Source: Acidimicrobiia bacterium (GTDB taxonomy: Bacteria; Actinomycetota; Acidimicrobiia; IMCC26256; PALSA-555). From it: a stretch of 64,000 nucleotides of DNA. This document shows, piece by piece, positions 8,898 to 17,339 of the stretch; position 1 is the stretch's first letter; the number at the start of each line of letters is the position of its first letter. The stretch lies in assembly GCA_035948415.1 (NCBI GenBank), contig DASZJD010000111.1:17873-81872 (forward strand), read 5' to 3'. The notes under the pieces are model-generated. The model saw nothing but the letters and a program-made list of their open reading frames with translations. It made no database searches and had not been told where the DNA came from. Position numbers and translations under genes: made by a program.

Positions 8898-9859
8898 TCG
8901 AAGTCCCGGAACTCCAGGCGGTTGCCGGTGGGGGCGTGGGCGATCCGGGGGTCGCGCCGGTCGAGGCGGCCCTGCAGGGCAAGGAAGGCCACCACCGCGC
9001 CGGCGAGGACGAGGAGCAGGGAGTAGGACCGGGCGGTCTGGAGCGCGCCCGCGACGCCGCGCCGCGGTGGCGCCGGTGCCGGGAACAGGCCCGCGGGCGG
9101 GGCCGGCGGGCTCGGTGCGGCCGCGGCCGGCGCCGCCGGCGCCGCGCCGGTGGCCGCCGCCGGGACGTGGGTGGTGACGACGCGGCGCGCCGTCGAGGCC
9201 GAGGTGAACGGCGCGCCCGCCGCGGCGCTCACCGACGACACGGGGGCGCTCGCTGGCTGGGTGGCGGGCAGCGTCGCCGGCACGGGGGCCGCCGGGACGG
9301 TCACCGGGTTCGCGGGTGGCGTCGGCTCGACGTTCGACGCCGAGGCGCCGCCCTCGTCACCCTCGTCGTCGCCGTCCGTCTCTTGGTCGGGGTGGGCGCC
9401 GGGCTGCTGCTCGTTGCCGGGGGCCACGCGCTGGGCGCCGTTGCCGTGGTCGCTCCCGGTCGACGGTCCGGCCCCGTTCGCGGGGCCGCCGTTCCCCACC
9501 GCCGGGTGGTCGCCGGACGGCGCGTGATCGCCGCCCGAAGGGGTCGATCCCGGGTTCGCGCCCGACCCCTGGTCGCTGCCGCCGTTGCCGTGGTCGGTGC
9601 CGGCGCTCCCGTGGTCGCTGCCGCCGCTGCCGTGGTCGTGGCCGCCCCAGCCGAGGCGATGGTGCTGGGCGAGGCGGACGGAGTGGGCCGCGGTCCGCGT
9701 CGAGTTCACGGCCGACACCGGACTCGCGGCCACGAAGGCCACGCCGATCCCGAGCGCCAGCGCGGCCTCGGCCGCGAGCGCGGCGAGGAACCGGCGATCC
9801 ACGCCGTCCTTGCCGTGATTCCGCCGGTCCCTGCGCTGCTTGCCCACGGAGCTCCTCAC
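8894..9859 (-). CDS. Exported His/Asp/Gly-repeat, Pro/Ala-rich protein with a twin-arginine-type signal and a C-terminal TM anchor (321 aa)
   Basis: ORF 8894..10132 trimmed to GTG 9859, with AGGA 6 nt upstream (alternative ATG at 9904). The N-terminus is DRRFLAALAAEAALALGIGVAFVAASPVSA/VNS. It then has DHG/GDH repeats, a PA-rich spacer and the TM helix SYSLLLVLAGAVVAFLAL. It is translationally coupled to the GGDEF gene. Confidence 0.7.
   Translation of the reverse strand: MRSSVGKQRRDRRNHGKDGVDRRFLAALAAEAALALGIGVAFVAASPVSAVNSTRTAAHSVRLAQHHRLGWGGHDHGSGGSDHGSAGTDHGNGGSDQGSGANPGSTPSGGDHAPSGDHPAVGNGGPANGAGPSTGSDHGNGAQRVAPGNEQQPGAHPDQETDGDDEGDEGGASASNVEPTPPANPVTVPAAPVPATLPATQPASAPVSSVSAAAGAPFTSASTARRVVTTHVPAAATGAAPAAPAAAAPSPPAPPAGLFPAPAPPRRGVAGALQTARSYSLLLVLAGAVVAFLALQGRLDRRDPRIAHAPTGNRLEFRDFE
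9350..9667 (-). repeat. Coding low-complexity tandem repeats encoding G-x-DHG / GDH units and an acidic run
   Basis: The peptide reads GGHDHGSGGSDHGSAGTDHGNGGSDQGSG...GGDHAPSGDHP...GSDHGNG...DGDDEGDEGG. At DNA level there are imperfect repeats of gccgtggtcg-type units. Confidence 0.75.
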
Positions 9860-9948
9860 CGTCGTCCTACTTGACGATGTATGCCCCGCCTTCGAGGATG
9901 ACATCGGCAGCGGGGCCTCCGACCTTGAGCGCCCGAGCCAGATTCCTC

Positions 9949-9996
9949 CTGCACCCGCTCCCCCACTGCAACGTGGTCCTGCTGCACCCGCTCCCC
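9949..9996. repeat. Perfect 15-nt direct repeat x2 (CTGCACCCGCTCCCC at 9949-9963 and 9982-9996), 33-nt period, in a divergent intergenic region
   Basis: Read directly from the sequence. Both copies are followed by a similar (C)A(C/G)TGC tail. It lies between divergent starts at 9859 (-) and 10098 (+). A regulatory role is inference only. Confidence 0.85.
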
Positions 9997-10097
9997 AGTG
10001 CGCCGCCGCCGTCCGGCCGCCCTGCCGGTCCGGCCACCGTAACCCGCCGGAACCGCCGAACCGGGGCGTCCGCGACGTTGCGTGGGAGGCTGACGGG

Positions 10098-10451
10098 GTG
10101 ACCGCGGCCTCACCCCCGGAGGTGCCCGCCATCGACCCGGCCGAAGCCCGCCGCCGCCTCGACGCCGGGGCGGTGCTGCTCGACGTCCGGGAGCCCGACG
10201 AGTGGGACGCCGGTCACGCGCGCGAGGCGACGTGGATCCCGATGGGCCAGCTCGCGGCCCGGCAGGCCGAGCTGCCCACGGACCGCCCGATCGTCGTGGT
10301 CTGCCGCGGCGGCGGCCGCTCGGCCCGCGTGGCGGCCGCGCTGCTCGGCGCCGGCTACGACGCCACCAACCTGGCCGGTGGGCTGCAGGCGTGGGCGAGC
10401 GCGGGCCTGCCGCTGATCACCGACGATGGCGGCACCGGCACGGTGGCCTGA
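10098..10451 (+). CDS. Single-domain rhodanese-like sulfurtransferase (117 aa)
   Basis: ORF 9840..10451 trimmed to GTG 10098, with GGGAGG 8 nt upstream. Motifs: LLDVREPDEWDAGHA and the active-site loop VVVCRGGGRSARVA. Confidence 0.85.
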   Translation: MTAASPPEVPAIDPAEARRRLDAGAVLLDVREPDEWDAGHAREATWIPMGQLAARQAELPTDRPIVVVCRGGGRSARVAAALLGAGYDATNLAGGLQAWASAGLPLITDDGGTGTVA

Positions 10452-10482
10452 GGCGCCCGGGTCCGACCGTCAGACCCGCCGG

Positions 10483-10488
10483 TAGCCT
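10483..10488 (+). promoter_or_regulatory. -10-like hexamer TAGCCT, 6 nt upstream of the glpD GTG (putative leaderless promoter)
   Basis: TANNNT form with no SD-like motif before the start at 10495. Confidence 0.35.
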
Positions 10489-10494
10489 GACCCG

Positions 10495-12144
10495 GTGGCG
10501 TCCGCCGGGTTCGATCGCGCCGAGGCGCTGCGCCGCCTGGCCGACGAGCCGTTCGACGTGCTGGTGGTGGGCGGGGGGATCACCGGCGCCGGCTGCGCCC
10601 TCGACGCGGCGTCGCGGGGGTTGCGCACCGCCCTCGTCGAGCGGCACGACTTCGCCGCCGGCACCTCCTCGAAGTCCTCGAAGCTCGTCCACGGCGGGAT
10701 CCGCTACCTGCAGCAGCGGGAGTTCGCCCTCGTCTACGAGGGGCTCGCCGAGCGCCAGCTGGCGCTGCGCAACGCGCCCCACCTCGTGCGCGTCCTGCCC
10801 TTCCTCATCCCGATCTTCGCCCGGGACGGGCTCGTGGACCGCCGGGTCGCCCGCGCCTTCGGCGCCGCCCTGTGGATGTACGACCTCACCGGCGGCGTGC
10901 GGATCCGGAAGACCCACGAGCGGGTCGACCGGGACCGGGCCCGCGCCCTCATGCCGACCCTGCGGAGCGACCTCCTCGCGTCCGCCTACCTCTTCTACGA
11001 CGCCCGGACGGACGACGCCCGGCTCACGCTGTGCCTGGCTCGCACCGCCGCCGCCCACGGCGCCGCCGTCGCCAACCGGGTCGCGGTCACCGGCCTCGCG
11101 AAGGGACCCGACGGCGCCGTCCGGGCCGCCACCGTCCGCGCCGACGGGGCCGAGTTCGACGTCAACGCCCGCGTCGTCGTCAACGCCACCGGCGTGTGGG
11201 CCGACGACGTGCGGGCTCTCGACGAGGGGTCGCACCCGGCGTCGATCCGGCCCGCGAAGGGCGTGCACCTGACGGTGCCGTGGTCGAAGGTCCGGAACGA
11301 GATCGCGGCGATCCTCCCGGTGCCGAAGGACCGGCGGTCCGTGTTCGTCGTGCCGTGGGGGGACTTCACCTACGTCGGCACCACCGACACCGACTACGAC
11401 GGGCCGATCGACGATCCCCAGTGCACGCCCGCCGACGTCGAGTACCTCCTCGGGGCGTTGAACCGCGCCGTCGACCAGCCGGTCGCCGCCGCCGACGTCA
11501 CCGGGACGTGGGCGGGGCTCCGCCCCCTGCTCCGGACGGCCAGCGACGCCCGGACCGCCGACCTGTCGCGTCGCCACGGCGTGCGCGTGTCGACGAGCGG
11601 GGTCATCACCGTCACCGGCGGCAAGCTCACGACCTATCGGCGCATGGCCGCGGACACGATCGATCAGGCCGCCCGGCTGCTGAGCTCCCGGGTCAAGAGC
11701 CGCACCCGCCGGCTGGGGCTGCTCGGGTCGCACGGGTTCAGCCCACCGCCGGCGGCAGCCGAGCCCAGCCTGCACGAGCACCTCGCCGGCCGCTACGGCA
11801 CCGAGGCCGAGGCGGTGCTCCAGCTCCTGCGTCAGGACCCGGGCCTGCGCGAGCCGCTCGTTCCCGGGCTGCCGTACGTGCGCGCCGAAGCCGTGTACGC
11901 GGCGCGCCACGAGATGGCCCGCACGCTCGACGACGTGCTGAGCCGTCGGACCCGCGCCCGGCTGCTGGCCCGCGACGCGTCACGAGCCGCGGCGCCGGAC
12001 GTCGCCCGCCTCGTCGCGCCCGAGCTCGGCTGGGACGAGGCCCAGGTCACGAGCGAGGTCGAGGCCTACCGCGCCCTCTGCGAGCACGAGCGGGCCGCCG
12101 CGCAGCTGCCCGAGACGGCCCTCGACGCGTCGCTCGGCGCGTAG
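10495..12144 (+). CDS. glpD: FAD-dependent glycerol-3-phosphate dehydrogenase
   Basis: 549 aa. The N-terminal dinucleotide fold is FDVLVVGGGITGAGCALDAASRGL, followed by GTSSKSSKLVHGGIRYL, both typical of GlpD. Confidence 0.92.
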   Translation: MASAGFDRAEALRRLADEPFDVLVVGGGITGAGCALDAASRGLRTALVERHDFAAGTSSKSSKLVHGGIRYLQQREFALVYEGLAERQLALRNAPHLVRVLPFLIPIFARDGLVDRRVARAFGAALWMYDLTGGVRIRKTHERVDRDRARALMPTLRSDLLASAYLFYDARTDDARLTLCLARTAAAHGAAVANRVAVTGLAKGPDGAVRAATVRADGAEFDVNARVVVNATGVWADDVRALDEGSHPASIRPAKGVHLTVPWSKVRNEIAAILPVPKDRRSVFVVPWGDFTYVGTTDTDYDGPIDDPQCTPADVEYLLGALNRAVDQPVAAADVTGTWAGLRPLLRTASDARTADLSRRHGVRVSTSGVITVTGGKLTTYRRMAADTIDQAARLLSSRVKSRTRRLGLLGSHGFSPPPAAAEPSLHEHLAGRYGTEAEAVLQLLRQDPGLREPLVPGLPYVRAEAVYAARHEMARTLDDVLSRRTRARLLARDASRAAAPDVARLVAPELGWDEAQVTSEVEAYRALCEHERAAAQLPETALDASLGA

Positions 12145-12173
12145 CACCCCGCGACCCTCAGCGCCCGGCCCGG

Positions 12174-12179
12174 TAGGGT
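12174..12179 (+). promoter_or_regulatory. -10-like hexamer TAGGGT, 7 nt upstream of GTG 12187 (putative internal leaderless promoter)
   Basis: TANNNT form in the 42-nt gap after glpD. Confidence 0.3.
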
Positions 12180-12186
12180 CCGGCCC

Positions 12187-13692
12187 GTGCCCGAGGTCCG
12201 GCGCGGGACGCCGACCCCGCCGATCGCCTTCGGCGGCGGCGCGGGCGTCACGGCGCGCCTGGCCGCCCCGGCGGTCGAGGTCCCCGAGCCGGTCCTGACC
12301 CGGCTGCGCGGGGCGTGCGCCGCCGTCGACACGGACGCTGCGGCGCGCGGCGAGGCCAGCCGGGACTGGTGGCCGCTCGCCATGGTCTGGGCCCTCGACG
12401 GGCAGGTGCCCGCCCTGGCGGCCGCGGTCGCGCGCCCCTCGACCCGCGACGAGGTCCAGGCCGTGCTCGCCATCTGCGACGAGGCGCGCGTGCCGGTCAC
12501 GCCGGCCGCCGGCCGCAGCGGCGTCTGCGGCGCCAGCGTGCCGGTGCACGGGGGGCTGGTCCTCGACCTGTGCGGCCTGACCGGCATCGTCAGCGTCGAC
12601 CGCGTCTCGCTCGTGCTCGACGTGCGCGCCGGGACCTTCGGGGACGTCCTCGAGGACGACCTCCGGACCGGGCACGGCGTGACGCTCGGGCACTGGCCCC
12701 AGTCGGTGGCGCTCTCGACCGTCGGCGGCTGGCTCGCCTGCCGGAGCGCCGGGCAGTACTCGACGCGCTACGGGAAGATCGAGGACCTCGTCGAGGGCCT
12801 CGACGTGGTGCTCGCCGACGGCACCCTCGTCCACACCGGCGGCGCGCCGCGCGCGGCGGTCGGTCCCGACCTCACCCAGCTCTTCGTCGGCAGCGAGGGG
12901 ACACTGGGCGTCATCACCGGCGCCCGCCTGCGCGTCCATCCGACCCCGCCGGCCGAGCGGCGCGCCGCGTACGCGTTCTCCTCGTTCGGCGCCGGGCTCG
13001 ACGCCTGCCGCCGAATCCTCCAGCGGGGCGCGACGCCCGCAGTCGTCCGCCTCTACGACGACGTCGAGGCGGCCCGGAACTTCGGAACTGCCCCGGGTGT
13101 GCACCCGCTCCTCGTGCTCGACGAAGCCGACCCCGCCGTCCTCGACGCGGTCACGACGATCGTCCGCGACGAGTGTCGAGACGCCACCGAGCTCGACGCC
13201 GGCCCCGTCGCCCACTGGCTCGAGCACCGCAACGACGTCAGTGCCCTCGAGGCGCTGATCGGGCGGGGCTACGTCGTCGACACGATGGAGGTCGCCGGCC
13301 GGTGGCGAGAGCTGCCGGGCATCTACGAGGCGGCGACCGCCGCGCTCCGCGCCGTCGACGGGACCCTCGTGGCGTCGGCGCACCAGTCGCACTCCTACCC
13401 GGACGGGGCCTGCCTCTACTTCACGTTCGCGGGTCAGCCCGAGGCCGGCGCCCGCGAGACCTACTACCGCACGGCCTGGGACGCGGCGACCCGGGCCGTG
13501 CTCGCCGCCGGCGGCGCGCTCAGCCACCACCACGGCGTGGGCCTGAACCGGGCCCGCTTCATGCCCGAGACCCTCGGCGCCGGCCTCGCCGTCCTCGACG
13601 CCGTGAAGCGGGCGCTCGACCCGCACGGCATCCTGAACCCGGGCAAGCTCGGCCTGGCGTCGCCGTTCGGCCCGTCGCCGGCGTGGCCGTGA
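12187..13692 (+). CDS. FAD-linked oxidase (PCMH-type), alkyl-DHAP-synthase (AGPS)/GlcD-like flavoprotein
   Basis: 501 aa. The motif GGWLACRSAGQYSTRYGKIEDLVEGLDVVLADG resembles the AGPS/FAD-oxidase core. A C-terminal HHHGVG motif is present. Confidence 0.85.
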   Translation: MPEVRRGTPTPPIAFGGGAGVTARLAAPAVEVPEPVLTRLRGACAAVDTDAAARGEASRDWWPLAMVWALDGQVPALAAAVARPSTRDEVQAVLAICDEARVPVTPAAGRSGVCGASVPVHGGLVLDLCGLTGIVSVDRVSLVLDVRAGTFGDVLEDDLRTGHGVTLGHWPQSVALSTVGGWLACRSAGQYSTRYGKIEDLVEGLDVVLADGTLVHTGGAPRAAVGPDLTQLFVGSEGTLGVITGARLRVHPTPPAERRAAYAFSSFGAGLDACRRILQRGATPAVVRLYDDVEAARNFGTAPGVHPLLVLDEADPAVLDAVTTIVRDECRDATELDAGPVAHWLEHRNDVSALEALIGRGYVVDTMEVAGRWRELPGIYEAATAALRAVDGTLVASAHQSHSYPDGACLYFTFAGQPEAGARETYYRTAWDAATRAVLAAGGALSHHHGVGLNRARFMPETLGAGLAVLDAVKRALDPHGILNPGKLGLASPFGPSPAWP

Positions 13693-13702
13693 CGCCCGAC
13701 CC

Positions 13703-15154
13703 GTGACCGGGCCGTCTCGCCTGCTCGTCGTCGACGCCGGCACGTCGTCGGTCCGCGTCGCGGTGGTCGACGCCGCCGCTCGCATCGTCACCGAGCGCCG
13801 CCAGCCGTTGGCGCCGACGACGCCGGCTCCGGGCCTCGTGGAGTTCGACGCCGTCGCGCTGGCCGCGGCCGTGCTCGAGCTCGCCGAGGCCGCGCTCGCG
13901 GTCGACGGACCGGTAGCGGCGGTCGGCATCGCCAACCAGCGCAGCTCCACGGTGGTGTGGGACCGGGCCACCGGCGAGCCCGTCGGCCCCGCCCTCGGCT
14001 GGCAGGACGTGCGCACGGTCGGACGCTGCCTCGAGCTGCAGGCTCACGGCCTGCGTCTCGGGCCCAACGAATCGGCGACCAAGGTCGAGCTGCTGCTGGA
14101 CCTGGCCGACCCGGAACGAGCCCGTGACCTCTGCTTCGGCACCGTCGACAGCTGGCTGGCCTGGACGCTCTCACGGGGCGCGCTCCACGTCACCGACGCC
14201 ACGAACGCCGCCCTCACCGGCCTTCGCCGTCGGGACGGCGGCGCGTGGGCCGACCACGTCCTCGAGCGGCTCCGGATCCCGGGCCGCATGCTCCCGACCG
14301 TCGTCGACTCGTCGGCCGTGGTCGGCGACGCGGCCGCGCTCACGGGCAGCCCGCCGATCGCGGGCATCCTCGGCGACCAGCAGGCCTCGCTGCTCGGCCA
14401 GGCCTGCGTGCGGCCGGGCGACGCCAAGATCACGTTCGGCACCGGCGGGATGCTCGACGTCGTCCTGGGCGACGAGCGTCCCGACTTCGATCGCGGTCGA
14501 GGGGGCACGTTCCCGATCGTGACCCGTCGTCGGGCCGGGCGCGACACCTGGGGCCTCGAGGCGATCATGTTCGCCGCCGGCACCAGCGTCGAGTGGCTGC
14601 GCGACGGCCTCGGGCTCATCGCCGACGCCGACGCGTCGCACGCGCTGGCCGCGCGCGCGGAGGACACCGGCGACGTGTGGTTCGTCCCGGCCCTCCTCGG
14701 GCTCGGCACGCCGGACTGGGACTACGGAGCTCGCGGCACCCTCCTCGGCCTCACCCGCGGCACGACCGCGGCGCAGGTGGTGCGCGCGGTCCTGGAGGGT
14801 GTCGCCCACCGCGGCGCGGACCTCGTGGAGGCGGCGGAGCTCGATTCGGGGCGGCGGATCGAGGCGCTCCGCATCGACGGGGGCATGAGCGCCAACCCCA
14901 CCTTCGTCCAGGCCCTCGCCGACGCCGCCCAGCGGCGCGTCGAGGTCGCTCCAGTCCGCGAGGCGACCGCGCTGGGCGCCGCCTTCGCGGCCGGCCTCGC
15001 CGTCGGCGTGTGGCCGGACGACGCCGCCGTCGCGGCGACGTGGGCCCCGGTGGAACGGGTCGAGCCGGCGCGGGTCGCCGACCGGGCCCGCTGGCGGGCC
15101 GCGGTCGACCGGGCCCGGGCCTGGATCCCCGAGCTGTCGGAAATCGACGTCTGA
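13703..15154 (+). CDS. FGGY-family carbohydrate kinase, glycerol-kinase-like
   Basis: 483 aa. Motifs: LLVVDAGTSSVRVAVVD, ANQRSSTVVWD and VWFVPALLGLGTPDWDYGARGTLLGLTRGTT, which parallel GlpK motifs. Confidence 0.85.
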   Translation: MTGPSRLLVVDAGTSSVRVAVVDAAARIVTERRQPLAPTTPAPGLVEFDAVALAAAVLELAEAALAVDGPVAAVGIANQRSSTVVWDRATGEPVGPALGWQDVRTVGRCLELQAHGLRLGPNESATKVELLLDLADPERARDLCFGTVDSWLAWTLSRGALHVTDATNAALTGLRRRDGGAWADHVLERLRIPGRMLPTVVDSSAVVGDAAALTGSPPIAGILGDQQASLLGQACVRPGDAKITFGTGGMLDVVLGDERPDFDRGRGGTFPIVTRRRAGRDTWGLEAIMFAAGTSVEWLRDGLGLIADADASHALAARAEDTGDVWFVPALLGLGTPDWDYGARGTLLGLTRGTTAAQVVRAVLEGVAHRGADLVEAAELDSGRRIEALRIDGGMSANPTFVQALADAAQRRVEVAPVREATALGAAFAAGLAVGVWPDDAAVAATWAPVERVEPARVADRARWRAAVDRARAWIPELSEIDV

Positions 15155-15161
15155 CGGGCGT

Positions 15162-15177
15162 CACCACATCCGTGGTG
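15162..15177 (+). terminator. Short hairpin CACCAC-atcc-GTGGTG, 8 nt after the kinase stop
   Basis: 6-bp stem with a 4-nt loop and no T-tract. Weak. Confidence 0.3.
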
Positions 15178-15288
15178 GAGGGTCCGGCTTGACCGCGTCG
15201 CGCGCGGCGGCCCCGACCCCCCTTCGGGCGCCGTCGCCGCGCGCCGCCACCTGGACCGGGCCCGGCCGCGCCTGGGACGCTCCCAGCC

Positions 15289-16563
15289 GTGGCCACGACC
15301 CGCCCGCCCGCGATCCGCATCGACGACCTGGCCGAGCCCCGCTTCCCGCCCCCCATCGCAGCCGCGCTCGCCGCCGCGGGACCGGTCGCCGAGGGCCTGT
15401 CGCTCGAGCCCCAGGCGCTGTGCGACGAGGCGGCGACGACGACCGGCTGCGCCAACTTCGGCGACGACGCGTTCCGGGAGCGCCTCGAGGTCCTGCATCG
15501 CGCCACGCGGGACGAGGGCGGCCTCAGCGCCGCCGGCGTCGTGAGCATCCACGGGCAGCTCGTCGGGCACCTGAAGAACCGGCTCCTCGTCGAGGACCTC
15601 GTCGCCTCGCACCCCGAGATCCTCGACGTCGAGATCAGCCGGCCCATCCTGATCGTTGGGCAGCCCCGGACCGGCACCACCCACCTGCACAACCTCATGG
15701 CCGCCGACCCCGCCCTGCGGTCGCTCCCCTACTGGGAGAGCCTCGAGCCCGTGCTCGCCCCGCTGGAGCGCGCCGCGGTGGCCGCCGGCGGTCCCGACCC
15801 CCGGCGGGAGCGGACCGCCGCGGGGCTCGAGTTCCTGGACCAGGCGCTCCCTTACTTCAAGCGCATGCACGAGATGACCGTGGACCACGTGCATGAGGAG
15901 ATCCAGCTGCTCGCCCTCGACTGCTCGACGATGCTGTTCGAGACCATGGCCGTCCTGCCGACCTGGCGCGACTACTACCTCGCGCACGACCAGACGCCGT
16001 CGTACCGGTACCTCAAGCGCGTGCTGCAGGTGTTGCAGTGGCAACGCGGCGGTGACCGCTGGGTGCTGAAGTCGCCCCAGCACCTGGAGCAGTTCCGCCC
16101 CCTGCTCACGGTCTTCCCCGACGCGACGTTCGTCGTCACCCATCGCGATCCCGTCTCGGTCATCGCGTCGAACGCCACCATGCTCGCCTACACCGCTCGC
16201 CTCAACACCGCCCACCCCGACCCGCCGCGCATCGGTCGGTACTGGTCCGACCGCATCGAGCAGATGCTCGAGACCGGCATGCGCGAGCGGCGGCTGCTGC
16301 CCGCCGACCGATCGATCGACGTCCGCTTCGACGAGTTCATGGCCGACGACCTCGGCATGGTCGAGCGCATCTACGCCGTCGCCGACCAGCCGTTCGGGCC
16401 CGAGGCCCGCGCCGAGATGGATCGCTTCCTGCGCGACCACCCGCGCGGACGCCACGGCGGGGTCCGCTACGACCTCGCCGGCGACTTCGGGATCGACCCC
16501 GCCGAGCGGCGAGCCGCGATGCGCGACTACGTCGACCGCTTCGGCGTCGCGATCGAGCACTGA
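15289..16563 (+). CDS. Sulfotransferase family protein
   Basis: 424 aa. It carries a PAPS-binding P-loop-like motif ILIVGQPRTGTTHLHNLM, and the motifs RWVLKSPQH and THRDP are typical of bacterial sulfotransferases. Confidence 0.85.
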   Translation: MATTRPPAIRIDDLAEPRFPPPIAAALAAAGPVAEGLSLEPQALCDEAATTTGCANFGDDAFRERLEVLHRATRDEGGLSAAGVVSIHGQLVGHLKNRLLVEDLVASHPEILDVEISRPILIVGQPRTGTTHLHNLMAADPALRSLPYWESLEPVLAPLERAAVAAGGPDPRRERTAAGLEFLDQALPYFKRMHEMTVDHVHEEIQLLALDCSTMLFETMAVLPTWRDYYLAHDQTPSYRYLKRVLQVLQWQRGGDRWVLKSPQHLEQFRPLLTVFPDATFVVTHRDPVSVIASNATMLAYTARLNTAHPDPPRIGRYWSDRIEQMLETGMRERRLLPADRSIDVRFDEFMADDLGMVERIYAVADQPFGPEARAEMDRFLRDHPRGRHGGVRYDLAGDFGIDPAERRAAMRDYVDRFGVAIEH

Positions 16564-16592
16564 CGGCGACCGCCGACGGCGCGTCCTCGTGG

Positions 16593-17339
16593 GTGACGCG
16601 CGTCACCTGCACGGCGGCGGCCACGAGGCCCATGATGGAGGGGATGGCCGGCCCCACCAGCGTGCCCGTCGACGCCGCCACCCCGCTGCGCGTGACCAGC
16701 CGGTCCGGATCGGTCGTGATCACCGGCGAGGACCGCACCGACGTGCTCGTCGAACGCGGGGCGGACCGGGTGGAGACGGGCGCCGACGGGGTGCACGTGA
16801 AGGGCCGGTCGGGCAGCCTCGTCGCGCGCTGCCCCGCGGGAACCGACGTGTTCGTCGGTGCCGCGTCGGGCTCCGTCTCGATCCGCGGCACCCTCGGCGA
16901 CACGCGCGTCACGACCGGAAGCGGCAGCATCACGATCGACCGCGCCCGCCGCGTCGACGCTCGAACCGGTTCGGGCAGCATCGTCGTCGACGAGTGCGAG
17001 GGCGAGTGCCGCTGCCAGTCCGGCAGCGGCCGGCTGCGGGTCGGCCGGGCCGGCTCGGTGGAGCTGGTCGCGGCGTCGGGCAGCGTCGAGGTGGGCGCCG
17101 TCGGCCCGGCGCGCGTTCGGGCCGGCAGCGGGAGCGTGACGATCGGACTCGTCGAGCCCGCGACCGTGGACGTCGAGGCGCACTCGGGAACCGTCGCCGT
17201 GAGCGTCCCCCACGGGCTGCGGCCGGCCACCGCGCTGCGGGCCGCCAGCGGCTCGGTCCGCTGCGACTGCCAGCCTGGTCACGACGGCGCCATCCGGGTG
17301 ACAACGGGCAGCGGCCAGATCTCGGTCACGGAACGTTGA
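16593..17339 (+). CDS. DUF4097-like beta-repeat protein (putative adhesin/beta-helix fold)
   Basis: 248 aa with at least 10 repeats centred on G-S-G-S-V/I (SGSVVITG, SGSVSIRG, GSGSITID, GSGSIVVD, SGSGRLRV, SGSVEVG, GSGSVTIG, SGSVRCD, GSGQISV). Alternative internal ATG starts at 16629, 16632 and 16641. Confidence 0.75.
   Translation: MTRVTCTAAATRPMMEGMAGPTSVPVDAATPLRVTSRSGSVVITGEDRTDVLVERGADRVETGADGVHVKGRSGSLVARCPAGTDVFVGAASGSVSIRGTLGDTRVTTGSGSITIDRARRVDARTGSGSIVVDECEGECRCQSGSGRLRVGRAGSVELVAASGSVEVGAVGPARVRAGSGSVTIGLVEPATVDVEAHSGTVAVSVPHGLRPATALRAASGSVRCDCQPGHDGAIRVTTGSGQISVTER

Noticed and set aside
5797-8982. 1061-aa minus-strand ORF. Similar giant ORFs occur at 19955..23968 (+, 1337 aa), 4019..5998 (+, 659 aa), 11980..14016 (-, 678 aa), 14722..16560 (-, 612 aa), 22104..23984 (-, 626 aa) and 1975..2910 (-).
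   Set aside because: These are shadow ORFs typical of very GC-rich DNA. Their translations are monotonous Arg/Pro/Gly/Ala/Asp strings with no recognisable motifs. They lie antisense to, or out of frame with, ORFs that carry clear family signatures and G/C-dominated third positions.
9350-9667. Repetitive DNA that might be taken for a CRISPR array or a minisatellite.
   Set aside because: The repeats are short, imperfect and in frame within a coding region, where they encode DHG/GDH peptide units. There is no repeat-spacer architecture and no cas genes.
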